Source: an uncultured virus (IMG/VR IMGVR_UViG_3300032116_000017)
Lineage: Duplodnaviria > Heunggongvirae > Uroviricota > Caudoviricetes
Direction: 5' to 3' (one strand)
IMG/VR virus record: IMGVR_UViG_3300032116_000017
DNA: 64,000 nucleotides
Every line of letters starts with the position of its first letter. Position 1 is the first letter of the stretch. Shown piece after piece: positions 29,687 to 38,357 of this stretch. Under the pieces are notes generated by a model. It did not search any database and was not told the DNA's origin. It saw nothing but the letters and a program-made list of their open reading frames with translations. The position numbers and the translations under genes were made by a program.

Positions 29687-30825
29687 ACATCTATTGTTAT
29701 ATTTGATAAAGTTTTCTGAGAAAAAACAAATCTTCCACCAACTTTAAATCCTAAACTTTTCCAGTCAGTCAAATTAAGTTTTGATAAGTAGAAGTCTATG
29801 TTATTTTCAACCTCGTCTGACTTTGGAATAAGAGCTAATACTGAACCATCGTAGTTCTTACATTCGTGTGTAAAGAATGGATTTTGATTTCTGGTTTTAG
29901 CATTAACATAGATTCTTCTTCTATCTGATTTATAGAAATCACGACCCCACATCCACCAATTAGTTTCGTTGAATTTTTTGATTTTACGTTTAATTATTAC
30001 ATCTTTCTTAGATGTGATATAATCATTGATGATATTATAGTGAAAGGTTTTAAGTTGTCCAGTCTGTGCTGTATAAGAACAAACGAATTGCTCATTACCG
30101 GTTTCTTCTGCAAAAACTTCATCCATTCCTGACACACCTCCGACTTTAACATCAAACAAGTCACCTAATCTTGTACCTGACGGAGCATCATCTAAAAATA
30201 GAATTTGACCGTTAAGTAATGTAAAGGTTTTGACACCTGAATTTGTAATTGTTTTTCTGGAAAAGTCACCTTTTTGAAATCTAAATATTACCACAGATGG
30301 AGAGTATCCTTTAAAGACGACAGAATCACCAAATTCGTACCAATCAGTGATTGTTCCCATATCATAAATGAATTGGTTCAGACCAATAGATGAAGTAGAT
30401 TTTATAAACTCTCTTGGTGTAATAAAAATAATCTCACCGTTATCGGTTAGGTGATTGATACTTTTTTCAATAAAGTATAGGTAAAGATTTGACTTTGCGT
30501 GCGTCACGCACTTACTGTTAATCTTTGAAAGTGTTTGTTTAAGTATTTTTTTACCTTTCACATACGGAGGATTTCCAACAATTGTGTCAAACTTTTCATC
30601 AATTGAATAATCAAAAAAATCCATGCAAATTGCATTTTCAGGACAATGATTTTGGTCGAATTCAATTCCAACTATATTCTCATTACTTAAATTATTCAGG
30701 AATATTCCATCGCCACAAGAAGGTTCAAGTATTCTTGAGCCGTTTTTTATCATTTTACACATTCTTTCAACTATATCTTCTGGTGTAAAAACTTGACCTA
30801 AATCTTCAACATTGTATTCTGACAT
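29683..30825 (-). CDS. N6-adenine DNA methyltransferase (gamma class, Eco57I-like)
   Basis: GQVFTP, ILEPSCGDG, VGNPPY, NLYLYFIE; likely start MSEY at 30825 rather than 30900. Confidence 0.9.
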   Translation of the reverse strand: MSEYNVEDLGQVFTPEDIVERMCKMIKNGSRILEPSCGDGIFLNNLSNENIVGIEFDQNHCPENAICMDFFDYSIDEKFDTIVGNPPYVKGKKILKQTLSKINSKCVTHAKSNLYLYFIEKSINHLTDNGEIIFITPREFIKSTSSIGLNQFIYDMGTITDWYEFGDSVVFKGYSPSVVIFRFQKGDFSRKTITNSGVKTFTLLNGQILFLDDAPSGTRLGDLFDVKVGGVSGMDEVFAEETGNEQFVCSYTAQTGQLKTFHYNIINDYITSKKDVIIKRKIKKFNETNWWMWGRDFYKSDRRRIYVNAKTRNQNPFFTHECKNYDGSVLALIPKSDEVENNIDFYLSKLNLTDWKSLGFKVGGRFVFSQKTLSNITIDV

Positions 30826-30901
30826 AGTTATTATATTAAAAACTATTGATAAAGTTAAGATAATTTTGATAATTGAATTATTTATTATTATATTTGTCAT
30901 T

Positions 30902-31492
30902 ATGAAAATTTATTTAGTAAGACTAAAAAATACTAATGTTAGATGGTTTGATAATGATTCAGACCTTACTAACTTTTTTATTAATGCACCTGAAAGACTT
31001 GATAGTTATCAAGTCACTATACTTAATGCTGAAGTTGATACAAAAATAACCGGTGATAAATTATTTGATGCTATTCAAGAACAGTCTAATCTTGATAGAA
31101 AATTAAATGTTGTTTTAGGTAATGAATATGTTGATAAAGTCGAGAAATTAATTCAATTATATGAGCAGTTTTGCAAAAGGACTCCTTGGGATAAAACCAA
31201 AATGACTACAAATGCTCAAAAAGTTTATGAAAAATTGACTACCACCACACCGGAAGAAAAACAATTTTATAAACTTATGAGTAGTAGTTGTCAAAGATAT
31301 TTACTTTACTCTGTTTCTGACTCAGTTGAGTGGTACGAAGCTATGTTGGATGTTTATCCAAAAATTAAAGGTCTTGCTGAAACTTGTGAAATTGAGTATG
31401 TTGATCCTGTTACTCGTGGAACTTCTTGGAGAGGTGGTAGAACTCCTGTAAAAATGGTTAAAAACTTCGAAAAAGCAAAAAAAATAAAATAA
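30902..31492 (+). CDS. Hypothetical protein (paralog of next ORF), internal tag-like motif
   Basis: Start moved to ATG 30902, 5 nt after TATATTTG 30889-30896; LDRKLNVVLG; DSVEW and NF.KAK shared with next ORF. Confidence 0.7.
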   Translation: MKIYLVRLKNTNVRWFDNDSDLTNFFINAPERLDSYQVTILNAEVDTKITGDKLFDAIQEQSNLDRKLNVVLGNEYVDKVEKLIQLYEQFCKRTPWDKTKMTTNAQKVYEKLTTTTPEEKQFYKLMSSSCQRYLLYSVSDSVEWYEAMLDVYPKIKGLAETCEIEYVDPVTRGTSWRGGRTPVKMVKNFEKAKKIK

Positions 31493-32079
31493 TGAAAAAG
31501 TTTATAGTTTATAGTGATGTTGTTAAAATATTTAATGAAGAAAAAGACTTAGTTAAATATTTAGCCACTCAAAAGTCAAAAAGAACTTGGTCTGGTGGTA
31601 AAATCGTTTCTAAATTAGACCTTATTGAAATTGAAACTTGTGAGATTGAAGTTCTGGAAGAATCTATTGCTTCAAAATATTTAGAGTCTTATGTAGAAAA
31701 ACAAAAAAGAGAAACAAAATTGAACAGTATTTTTGGAGATACTCTTTCTCAGAATTTTGAAAAGTTTAAAACTATGTTTTTAGAGTTAGCAAAAGATGAT
31801 ATGAACAAAAGGAAATTTCTAACTCAACTAGAAATAACACCAGTTGAAAAGAAATCTATCTCAAAACTTATTTCAGGTTGGGTCTCTTATCTTTTCTTAT
31901 TAAATGATAGTGTTGAGTGGTTTAAAATATTGATTGCCTTACACAACTTTAGAAAAATAAATGACTCCTATGTCACAGAAGTATTTTATTCCAACGGTTC
32001 AAGTAGATATCAAAATATCAAAATAAGTGAATCGACTAAAGAGAATTTCTATAAAGCAAAATCACTAAATAATTTTTAG
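31492..32079 (+). CDS. Hypothetical protein (paralog of previous ORF), internal tag-like motif
   Basis: KRETKLNSIFG; DSVEWF; NFYKAK. Confidence 0.7.
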   Translation: MKKFIVYSDVVKIFNEEKDLVKYLATQKSKRTWSGGKIVSKLDLIEIETCEIEVLEESIASKYLESYVEKQKRETKLNSIFGDTLSQNFEKFKTMFLELAKDDMNKRKFLTQLEITPVEKKSISKLISGWVSYLFLLNDSVEWFKILIALHNFRKINDSYVTEVFYSNGSSRYQNIKISESTKENFYKAKSLNNF

Positions 32080-32137
32080 AAAATAATTTGTATTGTTAAT
32101 TTTTTTTACTACTTTTGTATAAATAAAATGTATCACT

Positions 32138-32647
32138 ATGAATATGTCTAAAATCTTTTGTGTTGATTTAACTAAATACAATCAAGATCAACTTACTAAA
32201 ATTTCTGATATCATCGGAATAAATTCAGGTTCTCTTGTAGAAGCAAAAGTTAATGGAACTAAACGAGTTTATTTTGATCACGAGAATAGATTATTCATCG
32301 GAGAACTTGTAAAAGATGCTACTAAGTATATTAGAAGCTACAAAAATCTTGTTCTTACTGAAAATTTTGCACACCTTTCTAAAAGAGAAAAAGACCAATT
32401 AATTAATATGGATCCTTATAAATTCAACACAAAAAATGTTGATAAAAACGATTTATTTAATTCTGTTGTTGAGACTGAAATTATTGAAATTAAAGGTGAT
32501 GTTACTAAAAATGAAATTGTTAATGTTGTTAGAGTTTCAAATGTTGTTTTGGAAATTGACGCTATATTAGATAAAATTGCAGACTTTGGAATTAAATCAT
32601 TGACCAAAGAAGAAAAAGATTTCTTGGATAAGGAATCAATGAAATAA
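32138..32647 (+). CDS. Hypothetical protein with C-terminal DUF6576-like helical hairpin
   Basis: Ends EIDAILDKIADFGIKSLTKEEKDFLDKESMK; TTTG-N19-TACTTTTG upstream (32087-32117). Confidence 0.7.
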   Translation: MNMSKIFCVDLTKYNQDQLTKISDIIGINSGSLVEAKVNGTKRVYFDHENRLFIGELVKDATKYIRSYKNLVLTENFAHLSKREKDQLINMDPYKFNTKNVDKNDLFNSVVETEIIEIKGDVTKNEIVNVVRVSNVVLEIDAILDKIADFGIKSLTKEEKDFLDKESMK

Positions 32648-32835
32648 ACTTTTTTCCGATTGAAAACCAAAATCAATATCTATAATAATCAGAACTCTAA
32701 CTGATAGAATAAAATGAGGGATAGAGAATTGGCATTTTTCTATATTTTCCTTGAAAAGTAATCATATTTACTCATGTGTGGAAGATTTTCTTTACAACAA
32801 TTTGTTAGAGAAGAAAAAATAAATTCTATTATTTC

Positions 32836-33492
32836 TTAATATATTCTTTTTGACGCCTCAATACAAGCAAGTACATCCTTTTCACAATACTCTTTTATCT
32901 CTTCTAATTTCCCATTCCAAAAATAAGTATTGACATCACCACCATTGATTTTATCTTTAGGTGATTCTACTCCTAACTCATAACACATTTCATCAAATGA
33001 CCAAGACCAAGCAAATTTTTGTTTCCAATCATCAGCCATATCAACAATTCTCATTTCCCAAGGTTTCTTGTTGTATGGTTTAATAATATCAGCTGGAATA
33101 ATTTCATACTTGTGAAGTTTATGTAAAACATAAGGAATATCAAAATGTAAAATACGAAATCCAGAAAGACTAAAAGATTTCTTTTCGATTTTTTTAAGTA
33201 GATTATTAAATGATTCAACAATTTCTTTCTCATCTTCACCATATATAGAACGAATTTGTGATTGACCAGAATCATCGGTGAATCCGAATGAAATACAAAC
33301 AATTCTACCATAAGTTGAAATGATACCACCCTGTTCTTTATAAGCTTCTTCTAATGAAGAATACTTATCTTCCCAATTCATACGATGGTATTTAGATTCA
33401 AAAAGTTTTGAACCTCTTTCGTCTTCTAATTTAAATGTTTCCCAGTTCGGGAATCCACAAGCTGTTTCTATATCCCAGTGAAATAATTCCAT
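32836..33492 (-). CDS. DEDD 3'-5' exonuclease (PolB-like exonuclease domain)
   Basis: WDIET (ExoI), FDIPY (ExoII), YCEKDV (ExoIII). Confidence 0.85.
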   Translation of the reverse strand: MELFHWDIETACGFPNWETFKLEDERGSKLFESKYHRMNWEDKYSSLEEAYKEQGGIISTYGRIVCISFGFTDDSGQSQIRSIYGEDEKEIVESFNNLLKKIEKKSFSLSGFRILHFDIPYVLHKLHKYEIIPADIIKPYNKKPWEMRIVDMADDWKQKFAWSWSFDEMCYELGVESPKDKINGGDVNTYFWNGKLEEIKEYCEKDVLACIEASKRIY

Positions 33493-33691
33493 ATTTATTA
33501 TACTACACAGTGAACTTAAGTTTTATTTTTTATATACCTTATTATGATAAAAATAATAGAACTAATTAAAATTTATCCAATATCATTTTTTATGATAGTT
33601 GGTATATTCATAGCCTTAGTATTTACAATTAAAGAAGAAATTGGAAGAAAAAAATGATATGAGAAAAGATTAAGAGTTTTATAAATACTCA

Positions 33692-34204
33692 ATGGGTAGA
33701 AAATCATCAATCAATAAAATAAAAAGAGATAACTCTAAATCAAAAAATATAGAAGCATCTTTGGTAATGTATCTGTATCAAAAATCACATTCACCAATAA
33801 CAACTAGATTCACCGGAATGGGTCTTCAAGAATGTGATGTGATATCAGTATCAAAGTCTGATTATATCTATGAGTATGAAATTAAAATAAGTCGTCAAGA
33901 CTTTAAAAAAGATTTCATTAAAGAAAAACATAATCATATCTTAAATGAGAAATTTACTTATGTTAGAAAGGGTGAACAACTTTTCAGAGTTTGTAATTAC
34001 TTTAACTATGTAGTTCCAAAAGATTTGATTTCAGTTGATGAGGTTCCAGAGTATGCTGGACTTATTTATATCAATGAGGATTTTACTTTTGAAATTGTGA
34101 AGAAACCAATATTATTACATAAGACTAAAGCAACTGCAGGATTTATCAGACAGTTAGCACATAATTTAAGTTGTAAATTAATATTTAATAAGGTTTTATC
34201 CTAG
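33692..34204 (+). CDS. PD-(D/E)xK nuclease-like protein (MmcB-like)
   Basis: ECDVI...YEIKISRQDFKKD; FNYVVP...PEYAGLI; TATAAATA 4 nt upstream. Confidence 0.7.
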   Translation: MGRKSSINKIKRDNSKSKNIEASLVMYLYQKSHSPITTRFTGMGLQECDVISVSKSDYIYEYEIKISRQDFKKDFIKEKHNHILNEKFTYVRKGEQLFRVCNYFNYVVPKDLISVDEVPEYAGLIYINEDFTFEIVKKPILLHKTKATAGFIRQLAHNLSCKLIFNKVLS

Positions 34205-34261
34205 AACACGAGTGAACAACACAATTATAATTTATATATACTAAAAAAATAATAAAACGTT

Positions 34262-34546
34262 ATGGATGAATACATAGGATCAATTTTACCAATGGCATTT
34301 AATTGGTCACCTAAAGGGTGGTATATTTGTCATGGTCAAGTATTATCAATTAATCAATATCAAGCACTTTTTGCACTTATTGGAACTACTTATGGTGGTG
34401 ATGGTGCTACTACCTTTAAGATACCTGATTTAAGAAAAAAGAATTCAGGTGGTAATTATTACCAACCTGGTGAGATTATGGAAGATGGAACTCCTTATAT
34501 TGAGAGTTGTATCTGTGTTGAAGGTATATTTCCTTCGAGACCTTAA
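34262..34546 (+). CDS. Phage tail collar domain protein
   Basis: IGSI..AFN..PKGW..CHGQ.LSI.QYQALFALIGTTYGGDG.TTF.IPDLR. Confidence 0.88.
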   Translation: MDEYIGSILPMAFNWSPKGWYICHGQVLSINQYQALFALIGTTYGGDGATTFKIPDLRKKNSGGNYYQPGEIMEDGTPYIESCICVEGIFPSRP

Positions 34547-34549
34547 ATT

Positions 34550-34580
34550 AAAACCTCATCTTTTAGATGGGGTTTTTTTT
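34550..34580 (+). terminator. Intrinsic terminator
   Basis: AAACCTCATCT-TTT-AGATGGGGTTT plus T-run. Confidence 0.7.
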
Positions 34581-34589
34581 ATTCTAATA

Positions 34590-34712
34590 TTTGTAAATTA
34601 AAATAATTTCCGTATATTTGTATTGTCTGATTGAGACAACGATTTAGATACAACAATCAGAAAAAAAAGATAAGGAAATATTTGGTGAAACCAGAAAAAC
34701 TCCTTATCTTTG
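34590..34712 (+). promoter_or_regulatory. Two tandem Bacteroidota-type promoters
   Basis: TTTG 34590 + TATATTTG 34613-34620 (19 nt spacer); TTTG 34681 + TATCTTTG 34705-34712 (20 nt spacer). Confidence 0.7.
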
Positions 34713-34752
34713 TAAAAGAAATTAATCACTACAAATAAAAAACAAAGAAACT

Positions 34753-35373
34753 ATGGCAAATTTATTCGCAAAAGCAAAGAAAGCAGCACCCGCTAAAACT
34801 ACAGCAGCAAAAGACAAAAAAGTTCGTCTAAACGTAACTGACCCTACATTCTTCTCTAAAGTTGAGAAGTTGGAGCAACTAAACGACACTCTTAAATCAG
34901 CTAAAGCTCAAGCTGACATGATTTCTGACGAAATCAAAGACTTGGCTAAATCTGAGTGGGTTGATTACTACTCTCAAACTGGTAAAAACCCTGAGTCTGT
35001 TATGATTGTTCAGGAAGTTGCTGGAGACACTGCACAAGTTATGTTCATACCTACAGACAAATACATTACCGTTACTGAGGCTCGTGCCGAAGAACTTCGT
35101 GAGACTTACGGTGAAGAAATCGTTGAAGAAGAAACTACTTTCTCTTTTGACTCAACAATGATTGAGAAATACGGTGAAGTTCTTTCTATGTTGATTGAGA
35201 ACTGTGCTGATATCACAGACGCTGACAAAGAGAAAATCATCAAAGCAACTACTAAATACTCTGTCGCTAAAGGAACCATCGACAAATTGAACCAATACGG
35301 TGATGTGACTGAAGTTATGGAAGCTGTTAAACCAGTTGTAGCACTTAAGAACGTTGAAGTTATCAAAGGGTAA
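34753..35373 (+). CDS. Hypothetical protein, probably highly expressed early
   Basis: Tandem promoters; visibly biased codons (GCT, CGT, TTC, TAC, AAC). Confidence 0.75.
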   Translation: MANLFAKAKKAAPAKTTAAKDKKVRLNVTDPTFFSKVEKLEQLNDTLKSAKAQADMISDEIKDLAKSEWVDYYSQTGKNPESVMIVQEVAGDTAQVMFIPTDKYITVTEARAEELRETYGEEIVEEETTFSFDSTMIEKYGEVLSMLIENCADITDADKEKIIKATTKYSVAKGTIDKLNQYGDVTEVMEAVKPVVALKNVEVIKG

Positions 35374-35403
35374 TCCTTTGATAACTTTTTTAATATAATA
35401 ATT

Positions 35404-35844
35404 ATGAAAAACACTATTTTATTTTTAATCTCCTGTTGTATTAGTTTTCTAATAATGTTTGCTTGTAATGAAACAGACCGTGGTCCGAAAGCTCCTCAAT
35501 CAAAACGAATGGAGTTAGATACCACTTCACAATACTATGACCAACAATATAAAGTTTATACACTTGAAGGATGTGAATACATTGTAGTTGGATATGGTAA
35601 GGATAGGTGGGGATCTCATAAAGGAAATTGTAAAAATCCAATACACTCTAATGTTCCTGTTTGTAAAACACCTGTAATCGATACAGTAGAAAAACATTTC
35701 GATTGTTATGTAGAAGATTGTTATTTTGATAAAGAAATGAATTCATATGCAGTAACAACTGAATGTGGAATTCAATTTTACGATAAATCTAAACATAATA
35801 AGAATGTAGTCCTAAAAGGATTTAAATCACCTAAACATAAATAA
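35404..35844 (+). CDS. Lipoprotein-like hypothetical protein
   Basis: Hydrophobic N-terminus, MFAC lipobox; GCEY...HKGNCKNPIH. Confidence 0.65.
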   Translation: MKNTILFLISCCISFLIMFACNETDRGPKAPQSKRMELDTTSQYYDQQYKVYTLEGCEYIVVGYGKDRWGSHKGNCKNPIHSNVPVCKTPVIDTVEKHFDCYVEDCYFDKEMNSYAVTTECGIQFYDKSKHNKNVVLKGFKSPKHK

Positions 35845-35845
35845 G

Positions 35846-36004
35846 ATGAAGAGAAGTAAGACTGATAGAATTGTAGGAGGAGTTTGTGGAGGTATTGGAA
35901 AATATTTTGATATAAACCCGTGGGCGCCAAGGCTAGTTTTTCTTTTAGCCGGTGGATTTTGGATATATGTTATCCTTTGGATAGCTTTAAAAGAAGAAAA
36001 TTAA
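35846..36004 (+). CDS. PspC domain membrane protein
   Basis: Manual translation MKRSKTDRIVGGVCGGIGKYFDINPWAPRLVFLLAGGFWIYVILWIALKEEN; not in ORF track. Confidence 0.8.
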   Translation: MKRSKTDRIVGGVCGGIGKYFDINPWAPRLVFLLAGGFWIYVILWIALKEEN

Positions 36005-36008
36005 CATT

Positions 36009-36146
36009 ATGGAAAATTGGAATAGAAATGAATGGCAAGGTCGCCGTAAAGACCAATATGAATCATCTGCTAAGATTTTAGTTGGTTCTTTTGTTGCGAT
36101 TGTTTTGATATTAGTTGTGTCTTTAATTTATTTGGTGTGTCTTTAA
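36009..36146 (+). CDS. Small single-pass membrane protein
   Basis: Manual translation MENWNRNEWQGRRKDQYESSAKILVGSFVAIVLILVVSLIYLVCL. Confidence 0.55.
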   Translation: MENWNRNEWQGRRKDQYESSAKILVGSFVAIVLILVVSLIYLVCL

Positions 36147-36727
36147 AATTTATAACTTTACTTCTAACACTTTTTATCTTCAATCCAGTTTTGAATGAAT
36201 CTAAAAAAGTTGATATTAGAGTTAAAAAAATAGACACTTCTAAAAAACAGTTGGTTCAAAAAAATATCATCATCGGTGACTCTCAATCACCATTTGTTGA
36301 TTGGGGAAGTCAGAGTTTTAATTTGATTTCATCAAAAGGTGGCCAAAGTTCTCTTTGGTTGGGAGGGAAAACTTTAGGTTGGTTGTTAGAATCCATTAAA
36401 GTTTATCCTGGTGATAGTTTAGTAACTGGTGTTGCAATTTGTATTGGAACAAACGGTGGGTTTAATAAAAATGATAAGATTTCAGAATTGGTGACCGAGT
36501 GTAAATTAAAGTTTCCAAATTCTAAACTCTATGTAATACAGGGATCTTGGGGTTGGGGTGGTGTTTCTAATAAAACTGAAAGTGTTGTCAGAGATTACTA
36601 TAAGAAGTTTTCAGAATTAGGTGTTGTAGTGGTTGAACCACCTATTGGAAAGATTGAACCACATGGTAGAAAACTAATTTATAAAAAGATTGGACAAAAT
36701 TTAGATAGTTTAGTGAAAATAAACTAA
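36137..36727 (+). CDS. SGNH/GDSL-like hydrolase, exported
   Basis: N-terminal hydrophobic segment; IIGDS, IGTNG, EPH. Confidence 0.55.
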   Translation: MSLKFITLLLTLFIFNPVLNESKKVDIRVKKIDTSKKQLVQKNIIIGDSQSPFVDWGSQSFNLISSKGGQSSLWLGGKTLGWLLESIKVYPGDSLVTGVAICIGTNGGFNKNDKISELVTECKLKFPNSKLYVIQGSWGWGGVSNKTESVVRDYYKKFSELGVVVVEPPIGKIEPHGRKLIYKKIGQNLDSLVKIN

Positions 36728-36776
36728 ACAAAGTTGATAATTAAGATAAAAGTTTTATCTTTGTTAAAAGAAATAA

Positions 36777-36861
36777 GGTCGAGTGATGAAATCGGTATAC
36801 ATGACAGACTTAAAATCTGTTGGGCATTACGCCCGTGCGGGTTCAAGTCCCGCCTCGACTA
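36777..36861 (+). tRNA. tRNA-Leu(TAA), CCA not encoded
   Basis: Acceptor GGTCGAG/CTCGACT; anticodon arm ACAGA-CT-TAA-AA-TCTGT; long variable arm; T-loop GGTTCAAGTCC. Confidence 0.92.
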
Positions 36862-36897
36862 CAAATAGGTAATCTTCGGAAATCCTTATAAAAAAAG

Positions 36898-36969
36898 GGT
36901 CCCATAGCTTAACGGATAAAGCCTCGGTTTTCTAAACCGATAATCCAAGTTCGATTCTTGGTGGGATCA
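36898..36969 (+). tRNA. tRNA-Arg(TCT), CCA not encoded
   Basis: Acceptor GGTCCCA/TGGGATC; anticodon arm TCGGT-TT-TCT-AA-ACCGA; T-loop AGTTCGATT. Confidence 0.92.
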
Positions 36970-36970
36970 C

Positions 36971-37004
36971 AAAAAAAAAGAGACTCAGATTTGAGTCTCT
37001 TTTT
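36971..37004. terminator. Bidirectional terminator after tRNAs
   Basis: AAAAGAGACTCA-GATT-TGAGTCTCTTTT. Confidence 0.75.
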
Positions 37005-37007
37005 GTT

Positions 37008-37358
37008 TTAAATAATTTCAGTTACATCTGATGCGGTTTGACCATCTTCTTCGTCGACTTTCTGAATCAACATTTTATCTCTATCTTCAGAATTAAACCA
37101 GTAGTCAACTACTTTGTTTAGGTTACCAACAAATGCCCCTAAAAGGATAAGTAACATTTCTTTCCAATCTTCGTTAATCGAGGCTCCCATAAACACACCA
37201 GCATTTATTCCTAAAATAATGAAAAAGAAAAGTCCTAATACGATAGCTGTAATTCTCCATCTATTAGCTTGCATTTGTTGAAGCATATAATAGAATCTGT
37301 TTTTATCTTCTACTTTAACATACTCGGTCTTTGCGCTAAAAATGTTTTTAAATCTCAT
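37008..37358 (-). CDS. Small two-TM membrane protein (holin-like candidate)
   Basis: Two hydrophobic helices, LLGAF...VDYWFNS; TAATATATA upstream. Confidence 0.5.
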   Translation of the reverse strand: MRFKNIFSAKTEYVKVEDKNRFYYMLQQMQANRWRITAIVLGLFFFIILGINAGVFMGASINEDWKEMLLILLGAFVGNLNKVVDYWFNSEDRDKMLIQKVDEEDGQTASDVTEII

Positions 37359-37435
37359 AATATTTTTTGTTTTATATATTATAAGTCGAATTCAATAATT
37401 TTTCTAACATTTTACAAAAATTCAATATAACATAA

Positions 37436-38122
37436 ATGATTAATATAACTAAAGGTGTCATAGTAACAGAAGTTGATTCTATAATTAAATATATCAATGA
37501 GATTAAAAAGATACCGATTCTTACAAGAGAAGAAGAGTTTGAGATTTGTCAAAGAATCAAATCTGGTGACCAATCTGCTATTTCTGAGTTAGTAAAACAC
37601 AATTTAAGATTTGTTATACACACTGCAAAAAAGTATCAGAATTTAGGTCTTACATTTGAGGATTTAATATCATTTGGTAACTTGGGTCTTTACAGAGCAG
37701 TTGAAAAGTTTGATATTGATAGAGGATTTAAGTTTATAACATTTGCTGTTTGGTATATCAAATCTGAAATAACAACCGCTATAAATGAACTATCTACTCA
37801 GGTGAGGATACCTAACTCACAGGACTCTGATAATTATGATTTTAAGTCGGAAGATGCTAATTTATCTACAAATGATGTTAGTAGATTCGATAAGAGTGAT
37901 TTAATGACGGAGTTAAAAATGGTTCTTAATTGTTTGTCTAGTGAGGAATATGATTATATAACTAGATTTTATGGATTTGGATATGAGTTTGCTCAATCTA
38001 TTGATGATATTGCTGAAGTAATGAGTCTATCTAATGAAAGAGTAAGACAGGTGATTAGAAAGGCTGAAAGAAGGTTAAAGAGTCATCCTAATTTAGATAT
38101 ATTAAGGAAATATTTAGATTAA
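37436..38122 (+). CDS. RNA polymerase sigma-70 family factor (RpoD/RpoS-like, compact)
   Basis: YINEI..IP.LT.EEE, LVKHNLRFV..AKKY, DLIS.GN.GL..AVEKFD..RGFKF.T.AVWYI, region 4 ERVRQ. Confidence 0.92.
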   Translation: MINITKGVIVTEVDSIIKYINEIKKIPILTREEEFEICQRIKSGDQSAISELVKHNLRFVIHTAKKYQNLGLTFEDLISFGNLGLYRAVEKFDIDRGFKFITFAVWYIKSEITTAINELSTQVRIPNSQDSDNYDFKSEDANLSTNDVSRFDKSDLMTELKMVLNCLSSEEYDYITRFYGFGYEFAQSIDDIAEVMSLSNERVRQVIRKAERRLKSHPNLDILRKYLD

Positions 38123-38186
38123 AATTATTTTTTACAAACTATTTGATATTTATACTAAAAGTGGTATATTTGTAAAAAATAGTAAT

Positions 38187-38354
38187 ATGTCACAGCTCAG
38201 TAAAGAGCAAGATTTGCTCAGAAAGTTATATGAATGTCAGGAAGAAATGGAAAAACTTCTAAAGCAGGGTAAGGAAGATTCTCACTATAAAATGATATGT
38301 GAGTTAATAACTCGTTTAGAGATGTTTCTTTGTAATAATCAAGATTTAATGTAA
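38187..38354 (+). CDS. Small hypothetical protein
   Basis: Manual translation MSQLSKEQDLLRKL...NNQDLM; promoter TTTG-N19-TATATTTG at 38142-38172. Confidence 0.6.
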   Translation: MSQLSKEQDLLRKLYECQEEMEKLLKQGKEDSHYKMICELITRLEMFLCNNQDLM

Positions 38355-38357
38355 GTT

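Noticed and set aside
30812..30900. Overlapping divergent starts given by the ORF track (30812+ and 30900-)
   Set aside because: The extensions are low-complexity; better starts at 30902(+) and 30825(-) leave an intergenic region containing promoter motifs.
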